Assembly: GCA_012837425.1 (NCBI GenBank)
Contig: DURE01000003.1
Span: 8,486 to 72,485 of the forward strand
DNA from: Clostridiales bacterium
GTDB taxonomy: Bacteria > Bacillota > Clostridia > Oscillospirales > CAG-272
DNA: 64,000 nucleotides
Direction of reading: 5' to 3'
Below the pieces are notes generated by a model, which was given only the letters and a program-made list of their open reading frames with translations, made no database searches and was not told the DNA's origin. Of the stretch, positions 1 through 11,588 are shown piece by piece. The translations under genes were made by a program, and so were the position numbers. The stretch's first letter is position 1; each line of letters opens with the position of its first letter.

Positions 1-777
1 GTCCTCCTCAATTTGGGCGCGCGCCCGCACGGTTATCCGTCCGCGCCCGGTGGTATAGGTCTCGATAATGCCGTTCATACCGTAAATTGTCGCCGCGGTC
101 GGAAAATCCGGGCCCTTTACATGCTCCATCAGCTCGGCAACGCTACAGTCGGGATTGTCCATCCGGTAGAGCGCGGCATCGATGACCTCGCCCAGATTAT
201 GCGGGGGAATATTCGTAGCCATGCCGACGGCAATACCAACTGAACCGTTTACCAGAAGGTTGGGAAAGCGCGACGGCAAAACGACCGGCTCACGCAGGCG
301 GTTGTCGAAGTTGGGTGCAAAGGGTGCAACCTCCTTTTCGATGTCGCGCATCATTTCGTCGGATATTCTGGAGAGTCTGGCCTCGGTGTAGCGGTAGGCG
401 GCGGCAGCGTCTCCGTCGACAGAGCCGAAGTTTCCGTGCCCGTCGACCAGCGGATACCTGTATGAGAAGGGCTGCGCCATGCGCACCATGGTGTTGTAAA
501 CCGCAAGGTCGCCGTGCGGATGATAGCGGCCGAGCACGTTACCTACCGTGGTTGCCGATTTGCGGAAGGGCTTGTCGTGGGTCAGCTTGTCCTCGTACAT
601 CGCATATAGTATGCGCCGCTGCCCGGGCTTGAGCCCGTCGCGCGCATCGGGCAGCGCCCGCGACATTATTACCGACATGGAGTATTCGAGAAAGGATTTT
701 TTAACCTCTTTTTCCATGCGGATATCGATAATTTTCTGGTTTTCGAATAAAAGGTCCTCGTTTGTGTTGTTCGCCAC
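1..777 (-). CDS. gyrA: DNA gyrase subunit A, N-terminal 259 codons (CDS continues beyond window start)
   Basis: Not in ORF track (open at edge). My minus-strand translation: [60 protein letters not shown]...[34 protein letters not shown]...[11 protein letters not shown] (active-site Tyr region). GTG at 777 follows GAAAGG; ATG at 717 is an alternative start. ParC not formally excluded. Confidence 0.85.
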   Translation of the reverse strand, partial: MANNTNEDLLFENQKIIDIRMEKEVKKSFLEYSMSVIMSRALPDARDGLKPGQRRILYAMYEDKLTHDKPFRKSATTVGNVLGRYHPHGDLAVYNTMVRMAQPFSYRYPLVDGHGNFGSVDGDAAAAYRYTEARLSRISDEMMRDIEKEVAPFAPNFDNRLREPVVLPSRFPNLLVNGSVGIAVGMATNIPPHNLGEVIDAALYRMDNPDCSVAELMEHVKGPDFPTAATIYGMNGIIETYTTGRGRITVRARAQIEED

Positions 778-813
778 TTTTATACTGCCTTTCGGTAATA
801 GAAAATTTGCTTT

Positions 814-1758
814 TTATTTTGCCGGTCTGACTGTTATCCCGGCTTTGTATATCTCTTCAATCTGTAAAGCTGTGGGCAGCCCGGTTCCCGGAAGCGCCAC
901 CTTAGCGCCGGCCGCCGCCGCGGCATAGGCGAGCGAGGCGGCAGGGTCAACCCGGGCGACATATCGCTTGTACAGATATGCGGCAAGGTATGTGTCCCCC
1001 GCGCCCGAAAATCCGCAAAGCGGCACCTGGGCGGTGCCGACATAATACTCGCCCTCTGACCCGCAGAAAACCGAGCCGCGCTGCTCCATTGTACAGATTA
1101 TGTCGCAGCCGTATTTTTTGCGGAGTTCCCGGCAGCCCGAAAGCACTTTTTCTTCAGAATCAAGAGCCTCCTCGCCGATTCCGAGAATTCCGGCAAGCTC
1201 ACGAAGGTTGGGCTTTATGAGGGCGGGTCGGGCGTCAAGGCCATGCCTGAGTGCCTCGCCGTCGGTGTCAAGCACTGTGAATGCTCCTTTTGCATTGAAG
1301 TGCTTAATAATCCGGTTATACACACACTTTTCCACACCCTGTGGAATACTTCCGTTGATAACCGCAATGTCGTAGTCACCCGAAAAAAGCCTGCCGAGCA
1401 GCGCTTCAAGCTCCCCGGGGAGTATCGGGCCGCCGGCCTCGTTAAATTCGGTACAGAGGCCGCCTGAGTCGATAATTTTGGTGTTTGTACGCACCCCGCA
1501 GGCGGTTTTCACAAAATGCGAGCGCACGCCACACTTTTCGGTGAACTCCTCAAGCAAACCGCCGAGCACCCCGCCGGTGAAGCTGTAGTAATCCGGGTCG
1601 GCGCCGAGAGTTTTGAGCACAATTGAGACATTTGCACCCTTGCTGCCCTGGCTAATGACGTTGCGGGAGGCACGGTTGAGTGTTCCGAGCCTTGTCGGGG
1701 TATCAAGATATATAATCCGGTCAATTCCGGGATTTAATGTGAGTATGGCTATTTTCAT
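814..1758 (-). CDS. PfkB-family sugar kinase (1-phosphofructokinase / tagatose-6-P kinase type)
   Basis: ORF 814..1806. Likely start is MKIAILTLNPGIDR at 1758, abutting the upstream stop. Has GAGDTYLAAY near the C-terminus, typical of the ribokinase/PfkB fold. Confidence 0.8.
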   Translation of the reverse strand: MKIAILTLNPGIDRIIYLDTPTRLGTLNRASRNVISQGSKGANVSIVLKTLGADPDYYSFTGGVLGGLLEEFTEKCGVRSHFVKTACGVRTNTKIIDSGGLCTEFNEAGGPILPGELEALLGRLFSGDYDIAVINGSIPQGVEKCVYNRIIKHFNAKGAFTVLDTDGEALRHGLDARPALIKPNLRELAGILGIGEEALDSEEKVLSGCRELRKKYGCDIICTMEQRGSVFCGSEGEYYVGTAQVPLCGFSGAGDTYLAAYLYKRYVARVDPAASLAYAAAAAGAKVALPGTGLPTALQIEEIYKAGITVRPAK

Positions 1759-1759
1759 T

Positions 1760-2347
1760 TCAGTAGGTCGGCGAGTTGAGGAGCCAACGCCCGTCCTCAA
1801 ACACAAATGACAGGGTGATGTTCAAAATCTCCCCGCTTCCCTCAAGGTGCGAGTCAATGCTGATATTGACATTCCTCGCGTTTGAAGGCTTTACAATTTT
1901 CATTGAGGAATAATCATAAATACGTTTCGCACTTATCAGCGCTTTGGTGTTGCTGTCCTGCCGCAGGCGCCCGTTGTGCTCGATAAACCTGGCTTTTACC
2001 ACGCTGTGAGCGCCCGGCGTGAAGCTTGCAACCCCACCGAAGGCTACCTCATATAAGCCCTCCCGGTAGTCCTCGGAGTACACCAGCGCGGTTGCGGCCT
2101 TGATTTCGTCAATTGATTTAAACTTCGCGTCGACCCGCACAAGGCTGTAGCCCGGCAGGTCGCTTTGGCCTTCGTCAGTCGGAAGTCCCCTGCCGAAGAA
2201 TATTTCGTTTATCTCGTATGACGCTTCAATGAGGCTCACAACCTCGTCGTATATTTCGGACAGCTCGGGGGGCCGGGAGCAGGAAGTCAGCAGAAGCAGC
2301 GCCGTTGTCAGCGCCGGTATGACTGCAATCTTTCTTATAAAAAGCAT
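1760..2347 (-). CDS. Putative lipoprotein, unknown function
   Basis: 195 aa ORF. N-terminus MLFIRKIAVIPALTTALLLLTSC has a signal peptide plus lipobox Cys. Confidence 0.6.
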   Translation of the reverse strand: MLFIRKIAVIPALTTALLLLTSCSRPPELSEIYDEVVSLIEASYEINEIFFGRGLPTDEGQSDLPGYSLVRVDAKFKSIDEIKAATALVYSEDYREGLYEVAFGGVASFTPGAHSVVKARFIEHNGRLRQDSNTKALISAKRIYDYSSMKIVKPSNARNVNISIDSHLEGSGEILNITLSFVFEDGRWLLNSPTY

Positions 2348-2379
2348 GGGCTTTCCTTTCCAAGACCGTCGCAGCAGGT

Positions 2380-4401
<2,022 letters not shown>

Positions 4402-4434
4402 TTATCATTCCTTCTGTTTTCTCGCAGGATTTAT

Positions 4435-4713
4435 TTACACGTTGCCACGCTGGCCAAACGATTTATTTACTTTAATACGCCGGTAAAGTGAGGATACCGA
4501 AAGAGGTGAGAAGCAGACCGCATAACCAAGCCCGGCCCGGTATAGTATAAAAGATTTGGGAATTTCCTCGGCGGCTGCCTCAACCGACCCGCTAAGTTCT
4601 GCCTTTTTAAGAAATTTTTTTGTCAGTGCCGACCGGGTGGCGTTGTCGGTGTCGAAGATTCCGATAATGTCCTTTGTCCTTATATTCATATTATTCCCGA
4701 TATGCAGATACAT
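4435..4713 (-). CDS. remB: DUF370 / RemB-like small protein
   Basis: 92 aa, MYLHIGNNMNIRTKDIIGIFD... Sits in the conserved Firmicutes slot between recF and gyrB. Its ATG overlaps the recF TGA (TGATG). Confidence 0.7.
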   Translation of the reverse strand: MYLHIGNNMNIRTKDIIGIFDTDNATRSALTKKFLKKAELSGSVEAAAEEIPKSFILYRAGLGYAVCFSPLSVSSLYRRIKVNKSFGQRGNV

Positions 4714-5825
4714 CAGTTTCCGAACACCTCATAACTTCCGTTTTTTACATATATAATTCTGGCGCCGTGCAGTGACGTCGGCTCGCAGGTGGTGATTATA
4801 ACCTGGCGGCTGCCGATATTGCCCATGAGATATTTTCTTCTTCCCTCGTCAAGTTCTGAGAGCACGTCGTCAAGCAGAAAAACAGGATATTCCCCCCTTA
4901 CCTCCCGGCAGATTTCGCCCTCGGTGAGTTTGAGTGCCAGCGAAAGCGACCTCTGCTGTCCTTGAGAGGCGAAAATCCGTGCCGGACGGCCGTTTAGTGT
5001 CACCTCAATATCATCCTTATGGATTCCCCAGAGCGTGCATTCTGCAGCAATTTCCCGCTCGTGAGAGGAGGAGAGCAGTTCCATATATCTGTTTTTAACC
5101 GCCTTCCGGTCAAAATAAAAGTCCTCTTCGTCCTTTGAGGAGCCGATATATTTTAGTCCGGGAATCTCTCTGTCCCCCGTCATCTCCGAGAAAATTACCG
5201 CAACACAGCCACCGGCTCTCTTTACAAATTCTGCCCGGATGGAAGCTATTATTGCAGCCTCATCAGCAAGCTGCTCCGACCAGAAGTCAATAGTCTCATC
5301 AAAAGTGCGCCGGTCCTCTTTTGCATAGCGGATAAGCTTGTTTCGCTGCTTTAGAATATGGTTGTACCTCTGGAGCGACGCAACATAGACCGGGCGAAGC
5401 TGAGATATAGCGACATCAAGGTAATTGCGGCGCGCCGACGGCCCGTCCTTGATAATTGAGAGGTGCTCGGGACAAAAGAGTACGGTATTAAAGGTCCCGA
5501 CCATATCCGAGAGCTTGCGCAGACTCACCCTGTTCAGCTCAACCTGACGTCGTCTTCCCCGCTCAAGCAGCACCGAAATGTTCTGCTCACGGATAGAGTC
5601 CGAAAAATCAACCGACACAAAGCTCTTCTGGGCACCGAAGTTTATCAGCTCGTCTTCGCCGGCCCCGCGGTGGGATTTTCCTATTGAGGCAAGACAGACC
5701 GCCTCAATAAGGTTGGTCTTGCCCGCTCCGTTTTCCCCGATGAAAATATTTACTCCCTCGCAAAAGCCTACCTCAGCTGCGGCAATATTGCGGAAATTCT
5801 CAAGTCTTACTCTGCGGCAAATCAT
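4713..5825 (-). CDS. recF: DNA replication and repair protein RecF
   Basis: 370 aa. Walker A GENGAGKTNLIEA, signature SQGQQRSLSLALKL, Walker B FLLDDVLSELD. Confidence 0.95.
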   Translation of the reverse strand: MICRRVRLENFRNIAAAEVGFCEGVNIFIGENGAGKTNLIEAVCLASIGKSHRGAGEDELINFGAQKSFVSVDFSDSIREQNISVLLERGRRRQVELNRVSLRKLSDMVGTFNTVLFCPEHLSIIKDGPSARRNYLDVAISQLRPVYVASLQRYNHILKQRNKLIRYAKEDRRTFDETIDFWSEQLADEAAIIASIRAEFVKRAGGCVAVIFSEMTGDREIPGLKYIGSSKDEEDFYFDRKAVKNRYMELLSSSHEREIAAECTLWGIHKDDIEVTLNGRPARIFASQGQQRSLSLALKLTEGEICREVRGEYPVFLLDDVLSELDEGRRKYLMGNIGSRQVIITTCEPTSLHGARIIYVKNGSYEVFGN

Positions 5826-6970
5826 TCCTTCATGCGTATGGGAAGCAGCATGAAAAGCTCCTCGCCCCCCTCGGGTTTTTCCTCGGGTTCAATATTCATG
5901 CTGGTGAGGGGACTTGAGAGCGACAGCCTTATGCGCTCTCCGCTGCAGGCACGCACATTGTTCATTAAAAAGCGGTTGTTAAATCCTATCAGTATGTCCT
6001 CGCCCTCATGCTCAATCGTCACCTCGTCATAAGTGCTCCCGGCCGACGAGCTAGCCATAATTTTGAGAACATCTCCCGAAAACTCAAGCTTTACCGGAGA
6101 GCGAACGCTCCCGGCTATCTTTTCCTCGGTAACAAGCGACGCGCGCTCAAGCGCCGAGAACAGTTCGTCATGGTTTACGGTTGCCCTTATCTTGTGGTTT
6201 TTTATAATAATTCTGTTGTAGTCTATATATTCACCGTCAATCAGGCGCGAGAAAAAGGTGATTTCGCCGAGTATGAATACTATGTTTTTCTTGGTCATGT
6301 ATATCTCGACGCACTCCTGGTCGTCGGACAGCAGTTTGAGCAGCTCGTTTATTGTCCTTGACGGTACTATAAACGAAAAATCAAGTGGCGAATTGTCGAT
6401 ATTTTTTTTTTGTATCTCGGTATAAGCAACTCTTTTTGATAGACTGAAACTGTCGCAGGAAACCAGCGTGATACTCTTGTCCTCAATCTTTATAAAGCAG
6501 CCGTTTAGCACCGGCCGGGTGTCATCTATCCCCATGGAGTGCGAGACCTGGGATATCATTTGTTTCAGCAGGGCCTGCCCGATAACAAAACCCTTTTCAT
6601 GGGCAACTTCCGGGAGTGACGGAAAATCCTCGCCATGGAGCACCGGCATCTTATGTGTCGACCTGCCGCTGACAATTTTGGCGGTCAGCTTTGCGTCTAC
6701 AGTAATTTCAATTTCGTCGCCGTCCATAGCCCTTGCCACCTGAAAAAATCTTTGTGCATTCACTATGTAGCTACCGGGCGCAAATACCTTGGCGTCGACG
6801 CGCAGCCTTATCCCCTTGTCGGTATCGTATGTAGTTAGTATGCAATAGTTGTCCTCAGATGCCTCAATCAGCACCCCCTCAATAGCCGAGAGAGTGGATT
6901 TGTTGGATACCGCACACATAAGCGGCGGAAAGACTGCACAGAGAAGCTTTCTGTTGAATACTACTTTCAT
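5822..6970 (-). CDS. dnaN: DNA polymerase III beta sliding clamp
   Basis: 382 aa. Has the dnaA-dnaN-recF position; three-domain length and a C-terminal LLMPIRM-like motif (FMLLPIRMKE). Confidence 0.9.
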   Translation of the reverse strand: MKVVFNRKLLCAVFPPLMCAVSNKSTLSAIEGVLIEASEDNYCILTTYDTDKGIRLRVDAKVFAPGSYIVNAQRFFQVARAMDGDEIEITVDAKLTAKIVSGRSTHKMPVLHGEDFPSLPEVAHEKGFVIGQALLKQMISQVSHSMGIDDTRPVLNGCFIKIEDKSITLVSCDSFSLSKRVAYTEIQKKNIDNSPLDFSFIVPSRTINELLKLLSDDQECVEIYMTKKNIVFILGEITFFSRLIDGEYIDYNRIIIKNHKIRATVNHDELFSALERASLVTEEKIAGSVRSPVKLEFSGDVLKIMASSSAGSTYDEVTIEHEGEDILIGFNNRFLMNNVRACSGERIRLSLSSPLTSMNIEPEEKPEGGEELFMLLPIRMKE

Positions 6971-7501
6971 TTTATCTCTTCTCCTTTTTATAGGTTTGTG
7001 AAAACTGTGTTTTTCTCGGAGGATATGATATATTATCGGCTTGACTTAGCCGGCTTTTTCAAGAATAGTTAAGTAATAACTATATACAAGTAGTAATAGA
7101 GCCGGCTCTTTATGTGGAAAACGTAGATTTCACTTAAAAAACAAAGGCATTTTTATTATACGCCGGCAGTACATCTCTGTTGAATAAAAGTGCAAAACCT
7201 AAAGGACGGCTTATTTTCGGGAGGGGGAGAGGTTTATCTGGCGTAGGTCTGCAAAAAAAGGGCAGTATGAGGGCTTTTGGGCTGTTGAAAACCCGGCTTA
7301 TTTACTTTAAATGTGAGTTATCAGCAGGGTTTTCCACATAGCTGTGGAAAAGTGTTGTTGACAAGTGAAAATGTTTTGGGTAAAAAGAAAAGGATTTGGT
7401 GCCTGCGGATAAAAAACCGGGTTTTCAACCGATAATCCGCAGCCCCCGGGAGTCACCGGACAACCTATGTACAATGCTGTTGAAAAGGTACTTTTGGGGA
7501 T
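6971..7501. promoter_or_regulatory. Candidate oriC: dnaA-dnaN spacer with DnaA-box cluster and AT-rich tract
   Basis: DnaA-box-like 9-mers: TGTGGAAAA 7113-7121, TTTTCCACA 7330-7338, TGTGGAAAA 7343-7351, TGCGGATAA (rc TTATCCGCA) 7404-7412. Weaker TGTTGAAAA at 7283-7291 and 7478-7486. AT-rich stretch at about 7061-7160. Confidence 0.7.
7330..7351. promoter_or_regulatory. Inverted pair of DnaA-box-like 9-mers separated by 4 bp
   Basis: TTTTCCACA tagc TGTGGAAAA read directly. Each differs from TTATCCACA at one position. Confidence 0.6.
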
Positions 7502-8911
7502 TTACTTGCCGTTTACCTCTTTGATCATCTGGTCAATCTCTACGTTGAAGATTGCATCAGAGCGCAGTTTTTTTTCTATTGTGTTTATTGAGGAGATAAT
7601 CGTGGAATGATCTCTTCCCAGAAGTTTTCCGATATTGGGCAGCGACATCTCCGTAATATTGCGGATCAGATAAGAGGTGACATGACGCGCGAATGCAATT
7701 TCTTTTGTGCGCCGGGAGCCGATGATGTCCTCCTTCGGAATTCCGTATTTTTTATGAACCGTAGTGAATATCTTATCTACCGTTACACTAACCGGTTCGG
7801 CTCCGCCTAAAAGCTCGGAAACGCAGCCGCGAGCCATTTCCATTGTAATATCGGTTCCGGTCAGAAAGCTCAGAGCTCTGAGCTTTTTTATCGAGCCCTC
7901 CAACTGCCGGATATTGGTTCTGAGATTCTCGGCTAAAAATTCGCAGACATCGTCGGGAACTTTTACGCCGGCCTGTTCGGACTTTTTCTTTATAATGGCG
8001 AGCCTGAGCTCAAGTTCGGGAGGTTGTATGTCTGCGATAAGCCCCCATTCAAATCGGGTTTTAAGGCGGTACTCGAGGGTTTTTATGTCCGAGGGAGGGC
8101 GGTCTGAGGTGAGAATTATCTGCTTGTGCTCCTCATAGAGGGCGTTGAAAGTATGGAAAAATTCCTCCTGCGTGGAGTCCTTTCCGGCGATGAATTGAAT
8201 GTCGTCTATGAGTAGCACGTCACAGTTGCGGAACTTCTGGCGAAAACGGTCCATCGCACGGTCCTTGAGGCATTCCACCAGATAATTTGTAAAATCCTCG
8301 CTTTTGGTGTAGATTATTTTGATGTCGGGCTTTTTTTTTGTCAGCTCGTTGGTAATGGCATAAAGCAGATGTGTTTTTCCCAGCCCGCTCTGCCCGTAAA
8401 CAAACAATGGATTGTAGTCGGTCGCCGGCCGCTCGGCTACCGCAACGCAGGCGGCGTGGGCAAATTTGTTTGAGTTGCCGACAATAAAGTTGTTGAAGGT
8501 GTATTCCTGATTGCAGGGAGGTAGGGTCGAGACCGGCCGTGCGTGCTCCTCTTTGTTTTCTTCTGAAAGGGACTTTTGGGGGTCAACTCTTACTGCCGGC
8601 TCACCGCCCAAAAGACTGTATTCAAGCCTGAGCTGGTCGATATAATAGCGACTTGAACCGCTGTATTTAAAAACAAGCGAAATCTGTCTGCCGACCTGTT
8701 CGGAAATAAGACTTCTTATTTTTTCAAGATATTTTTTTATTATCAGTGAGTGCCTGTATTCGGAGTGCATGGACAATACCGCAACTTTGCCGTCAAATGA
8801 TTCTACAACAATATCGTAGAACAGGTTTTCAATAGTGGCGCGCGGCATCGAATCCCCGAAATTTTCTATAACCCGTTGCCACATTTTCAGCAGGTCTTGG
8901 GTATAGGGCAT
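7502..8911 (-). CDS. dnaA: Chromosomal replication initiator DnaA
   Basis: 469 aa. AAA+ Walker A GQSGLGKTHLL, Walker B LLIDDIQF. C-terminal DNA-binding helix region RRTKEIAFARHVTSYL...DHSTIISS. Confidence 0.97.
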   Translation of the reverse strand: MPYTQDLLKMWQRVIENFGDSMPRATIENLFYDIVVESFDGKVAVLSMHSEYRHSLIIKKYLEKIRSLISEQVGRQISLVFKYSGSSRYYIDQLRLEYSLLGGEPAVRVDPQKSLSEENKEEHARPVSTLPPCNQEYTFNNFIVGNSNKFAHAACVAVAERPATDYNPLFVYGQSGLGKTHLLYAITNELTKKKPDIKIIYTKSEDFTNYLVECLKDRAMDRFRQKFRNCDVLLIDDIQFIAGKDSTQEEFFHTFNALYEEHKQIILTSDRPPSDIKTLEYRLKTRFEWGLIADIQPPELELRLAIIKKKSEQAGVKVPDDVCEFLAENLRTNIRQLEGSIKKLRALSFLTGTDITMEMARGCVSELLGGAEPVSVTVDKIFTTVHKKYGIPKEDIIGSRRTKEIAFARHVTSYLIRNITEMSLPNIGKLLGRDHSTIISSINTIEKKLRSDAIFNVEIDQMIKEVNGK

Positions 8912-9165
8912 TTCCTGTCTCCTTGTTTTTCATTTAGAAGAAAAGTGTTTTGTCCTGTGTTTTGCTATCGAAAAAGCAGGTCATTTAAGCAATGAATCCC
9001 GTCGCTTAAATATATATTATTATATCATATTACTATATATTTTACAATACATATGATGAAATATTGCCACTCCCAGACTGCAGTTTCCCGAAAAAAGAGG
9101 AGGGCTCAGGTCCCTCCCGACTTATAGTGTTTATAAAGCTGCATATTCATATTTAATTAAGTTTT

Positions 9166-9228
9166 GAGAGTCTCGAGGGGCTTTTTTTAAAAAAGTTCCC
9201 AATCGGGGGCGTGGGGGCAGCGCCCCGC
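9166..9228 (+). repeat. Dispersed intergenic composite repeat, copy A
   Basis: GAGAGTCTCGAGGGGCTTTTTTTAAAAAAGTTCCCAATCGGGGGCGTGGGGGCAGCGCCCCGC. Aligns with copies at 12152, 21391(rc), 44578 and 58053(rc). Confidence 0.7.
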
Positions 9229-9229
9229 A

Positions 9230-9457
9230 TTAACTATCGCTATTACTCTCGCCTTTGGTATCGCGGGCCCGGGAGACATCCACACAGGACTCGCCTATGA
9301 TATAGGCCGCAAGAATCCCGAGGGCTGATATGACCGCGACTATTTGATTTGAGGTCATGGAATCGATTCCGAAGGCGGCGCCCAGCGCCGTAAAAAAACC
9401 GGCAACAGCCGCCCAAAACCGACGGCTTGAGAGCTTTTGCTTCCAGCTTATCTTCAT
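9230..9457 (-). CDS. Small two-TM membrane protein, phage-holin-like architecture
   Basis: 75 aa, MKISWKQKLSSRRFWAAVAGFFTALGAAFG...IVAVISALGILAAYIIGESCVDVSRA. RBS AAAGGAAGGAA upstream. ATGA overlap with the upstream gene. The holin assignment rests on architecture and recall only. Confidence 0.5.
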   Translation of the reverse strand: MKISWKQKLSSRRFWAAVAGFFTALGAAFGIDSMTSNQIVAVISALGILAAYIIGESCVDVSRARDTKGESNSDS

Positions 9458-9705
9458 AGATTTGTGTTCCTTCCTTTTGTAAAAGTTATTCCGAAGTTTT
9501 CGATTTTCGCAATCCGGCGTTCATGATTGCCGAGCTGCTTAAAAATCTTCTCATTTTTTCGGGCCTGTCGCTCGATGTGCTCACTCAGCCTATTTACTGC
9601 GGACTCAAGCAGGGTCAGCGTGCGATTGACCCTGACTGCCACCTTCATGACACCCAGAAATGTCGAGACGATAGCAAAGAGGCCAAGAGCTATTTCCCAG
9701 GTCAC
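9454..9705 (-). CDS. Small N-terminal-TM plus coiled-coil protein (BhlA/UviB-like architecture)
   Basis: 83 aa. GTG start preceded by AAGGAG with a 6-nt spacer. One TM (WEIALGLFAIVSTFLGVMKV), then a charged helical region ...HIERQARKNEKIFKQLGNHERRIAKIE. Confidence 0.5.
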   Translation of the reverse strand: MTWEIALGLFAIVSTFLGVMKVAVRVNRTLTLLESAVNRLSEHIERQARKNEKIFKQLGNHERRIAKIENFGITFTKGRNTNL

Positions 9706-9794
9706 AACATACTCCTTGTCCGGCGCGCCGCTTTTCTGTTATCCCGCTAATATTCTACCTCGCATATATTTCTGCGGCTGACAATATTCTGACA

Positions 9795-9831
9795 GCAAAA
9801 TGCGGGCACCCTGAATTTCGGGGTGCCCGCC
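9795..9831 (-). terminator. Hairpin terminator downstream of the acyl-CoA ligase gene
   Basis: GCGGGCACCC (9802-9811) pairs with GGGTGCCCGC (9821-9830). On the minus strand it is followed by ATTTTG. Confidence 0.55.
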
Positions 9832-9848
9832 ATGTAGCTTTTATACAA

Positions 9849-11588
9849 TTATTTTACCAGATGGCGCTTGATTTTGCGCGAAGTAGTCTTTTCAAATTCG
9901 GTTTTCCGGATTTCAACCTTTCTCACCTGCTTATAGCCGACCAGCCCGCGGTTCATGGCATTTACCTCGGCCTGAACGGCCTTGGCGATCTCGCTGATGT
10001 CGGTGCCCACGGGGAAGGCGTCAAAGTTCGGATAGATTATGGCGGTGAGGACTATGGTTTCAGGGTTGTTCTCCTTCTTTCGACCGACCACAACACACTC
10101 GGCGACGGTGTCGAGATTGCCGAGATACTCCTCGATTTCCTCGGGGAAGACATTTTTACCGTTTTCGAGAACGATAACCGACTTTTTGCGTCCGGTTATG
10201 TAGAGGTAGCCGTCCTCGTCCATATAACCGACATCTCCGGTGCAGAACCAGCCGTCCTCGGTGAAGACCTCGGCGGTAGCCTCGGGGTTTTTATAGTAGC
10301 CGAGCATGACATTATCGCCCTTAACCTGAATCTCACCCTCGGCATAGCCAAGCTCGTTGACGCCCTCGGGATAGATTCTGGCGGTACAGCAATTTACGGT
10401 CGGGCCTATCGAGCCATGCTTACGGGCATAGTAGGGGTTTACCGAAATGAGCGGGGAGCATTCGGTGATGCCGTAGCCCTCGCAGACTGTAATTCCGAAC
10501 TCGTCGAATTTTTTGGCAATCTCTGGGTTGAGCGGGGCACCACCGCAGATTATCTTGCAGAGCCGGCCGCCGAATGCCGAAATGATGTCCGAAAACAGGA
10601 CTCTGCGCAGATCAATGCCAACCCGTCGCAGCCGGGTGGAGGCAGCAAGCGCCGCCCGGAGAATTTTGTCCTTTTTCTTCTTTTTTGCTTCTTCCCAGAT
10701 TTTCTTGTACATGGTGTTGACAAAGAGCGGGACAAGAACCAGGCCGGTAGGACGGAAGAAGCTGAAGTTTTTGAGCACGCGCTTGAGCGAATCGTTTATA
10801 CCTATATTCATTCCGTAGTTGAGCGCCGCCATCATGCAGCTCAGCTCATAGGTGTGGTGTATAGGCAGTACCGACACAATGGTATCCTCGGGGAAAAATT
10901 CTACGCACTCGCAGGCGGCGTTCACGCAGGATATAAAATTCTTTTCTGACAGCATGACGCATTTGCTGGTCCCGGTAGTGCCCGAGGTGAAAAGCATGAT
11001 TGCCATGCGGTTGAGATCATCCGGCTCGGGAAGTTCATACCCGCCCGCGACATGCCTCTCACCCCGGGCAAGCAGCTCATCAAACGACATGACGTTGTCC
11101 TCCCCGGCATAGGGGCAGTCCTCAAGCGACATGGGGATAAAGAGCGACACAGCGGGATTGTTTTTAACCTTATCTTCGAGCGCGCGGTTGAAGGCTCCCG
11201 AATAGACGAGGGCGTCTGCCTCGGCAAACCTGAGAAAACCCTCGAGCTCCTCAAGTTTCAGCTCCTTGTCAAGCGGAATAGCGACATTTCCCGAGGTAAC
11301 CGCCGCCGCATAAGTTATAACCCACTGCGGGGAGGTCTCGCTGAGTATGGCGATGCGGCGTCCCTGCCAGCCGAAGGAGGCGAAGGCGGCCGACAGGTTT
11401 TTTATTGAGTCGGAAAGCTCGCGGTAGGTCATCTCGTGAAGCTCGTGCGCGCTGTCAAACCACATGTAGGCAACTTTATAGCCGTGCGCCCCGATTATCT
11501 CGCAAAAATGCTTCATTGACAAAGCCGGCGTGTATTTTCGTTCGGTTTTTTTCTGCTGTTTTAACATTTCTGACACCACACCCTTCAA
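9849..11588 (-). CDS. AMP-dependent synthetase / long-chain fatty-acid-CoA ligase
   Basis: 579 aa. AMP-binding motif LFTSGTTGTSKCVMLS; later YGITE and GWFCTGDVGYMDEDGYLYITGRKK. Start uncertain (TTG 11588 versus ATG 11567). Confidence 0.85.
   Translation of the reverse strand: MKGVVSEMLKQQKKTERKYTPALSMKHFCEIIGAHGYKVAYMWFDSAHELHEMTYRELSDSIKNLSAAFASFGWQGRRIAILSETSPQWVITYAAAVTSGNVAIPLDKELKLEELEGFLRFAEADALVYSGAFNRALEDKVKNNPAVSLFIPMSLEDCPYAGEDNVMSFDELLARGERHVAGGYELPEPDDLNRMAIMLFTSGTTGTSKCVMLSEKNFISCVNAACECVEFFPEDTIVSVLPIHHTYELSCMMAALNYGMNIGINDSLKRVLKNFSFFRPTGLVLVPLFVNTMYKKIWEEAKKKKKDKILRAALAASTRLRRVGIDLRRVLFSDIISAFGGRLCKIICGGAPLNPEIAKKFDEFGITVCEGYGITECSPLISVNPYYARKHGSIGPTVNCCTARIYPEGVNELGYAEGEIQVKGDNVMLGYYKNPEATAEVFTEDGWFCTGDVGYMDEDGYLYITGRKKSVIVLENGKNVFPEEIEEYLGNLDTVAECVVVGRKKENNPETIVLTAIIYPNFDAFPVGTDISEIAKAVQAEVNAMNRGLVGYKQVRKVEIRKTEFEKTTSRKIKRHLVK

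Noticed and set aside
9861-10949. 362-aa plus-strand ORF
   Set aside because: It lies entirely antisense to the AMP-ligase gene, which has clear motifs. Its composition is low-complexity and Gly/Arg/Leu-rich, typical of shadow ORFs in high-GC DNA.
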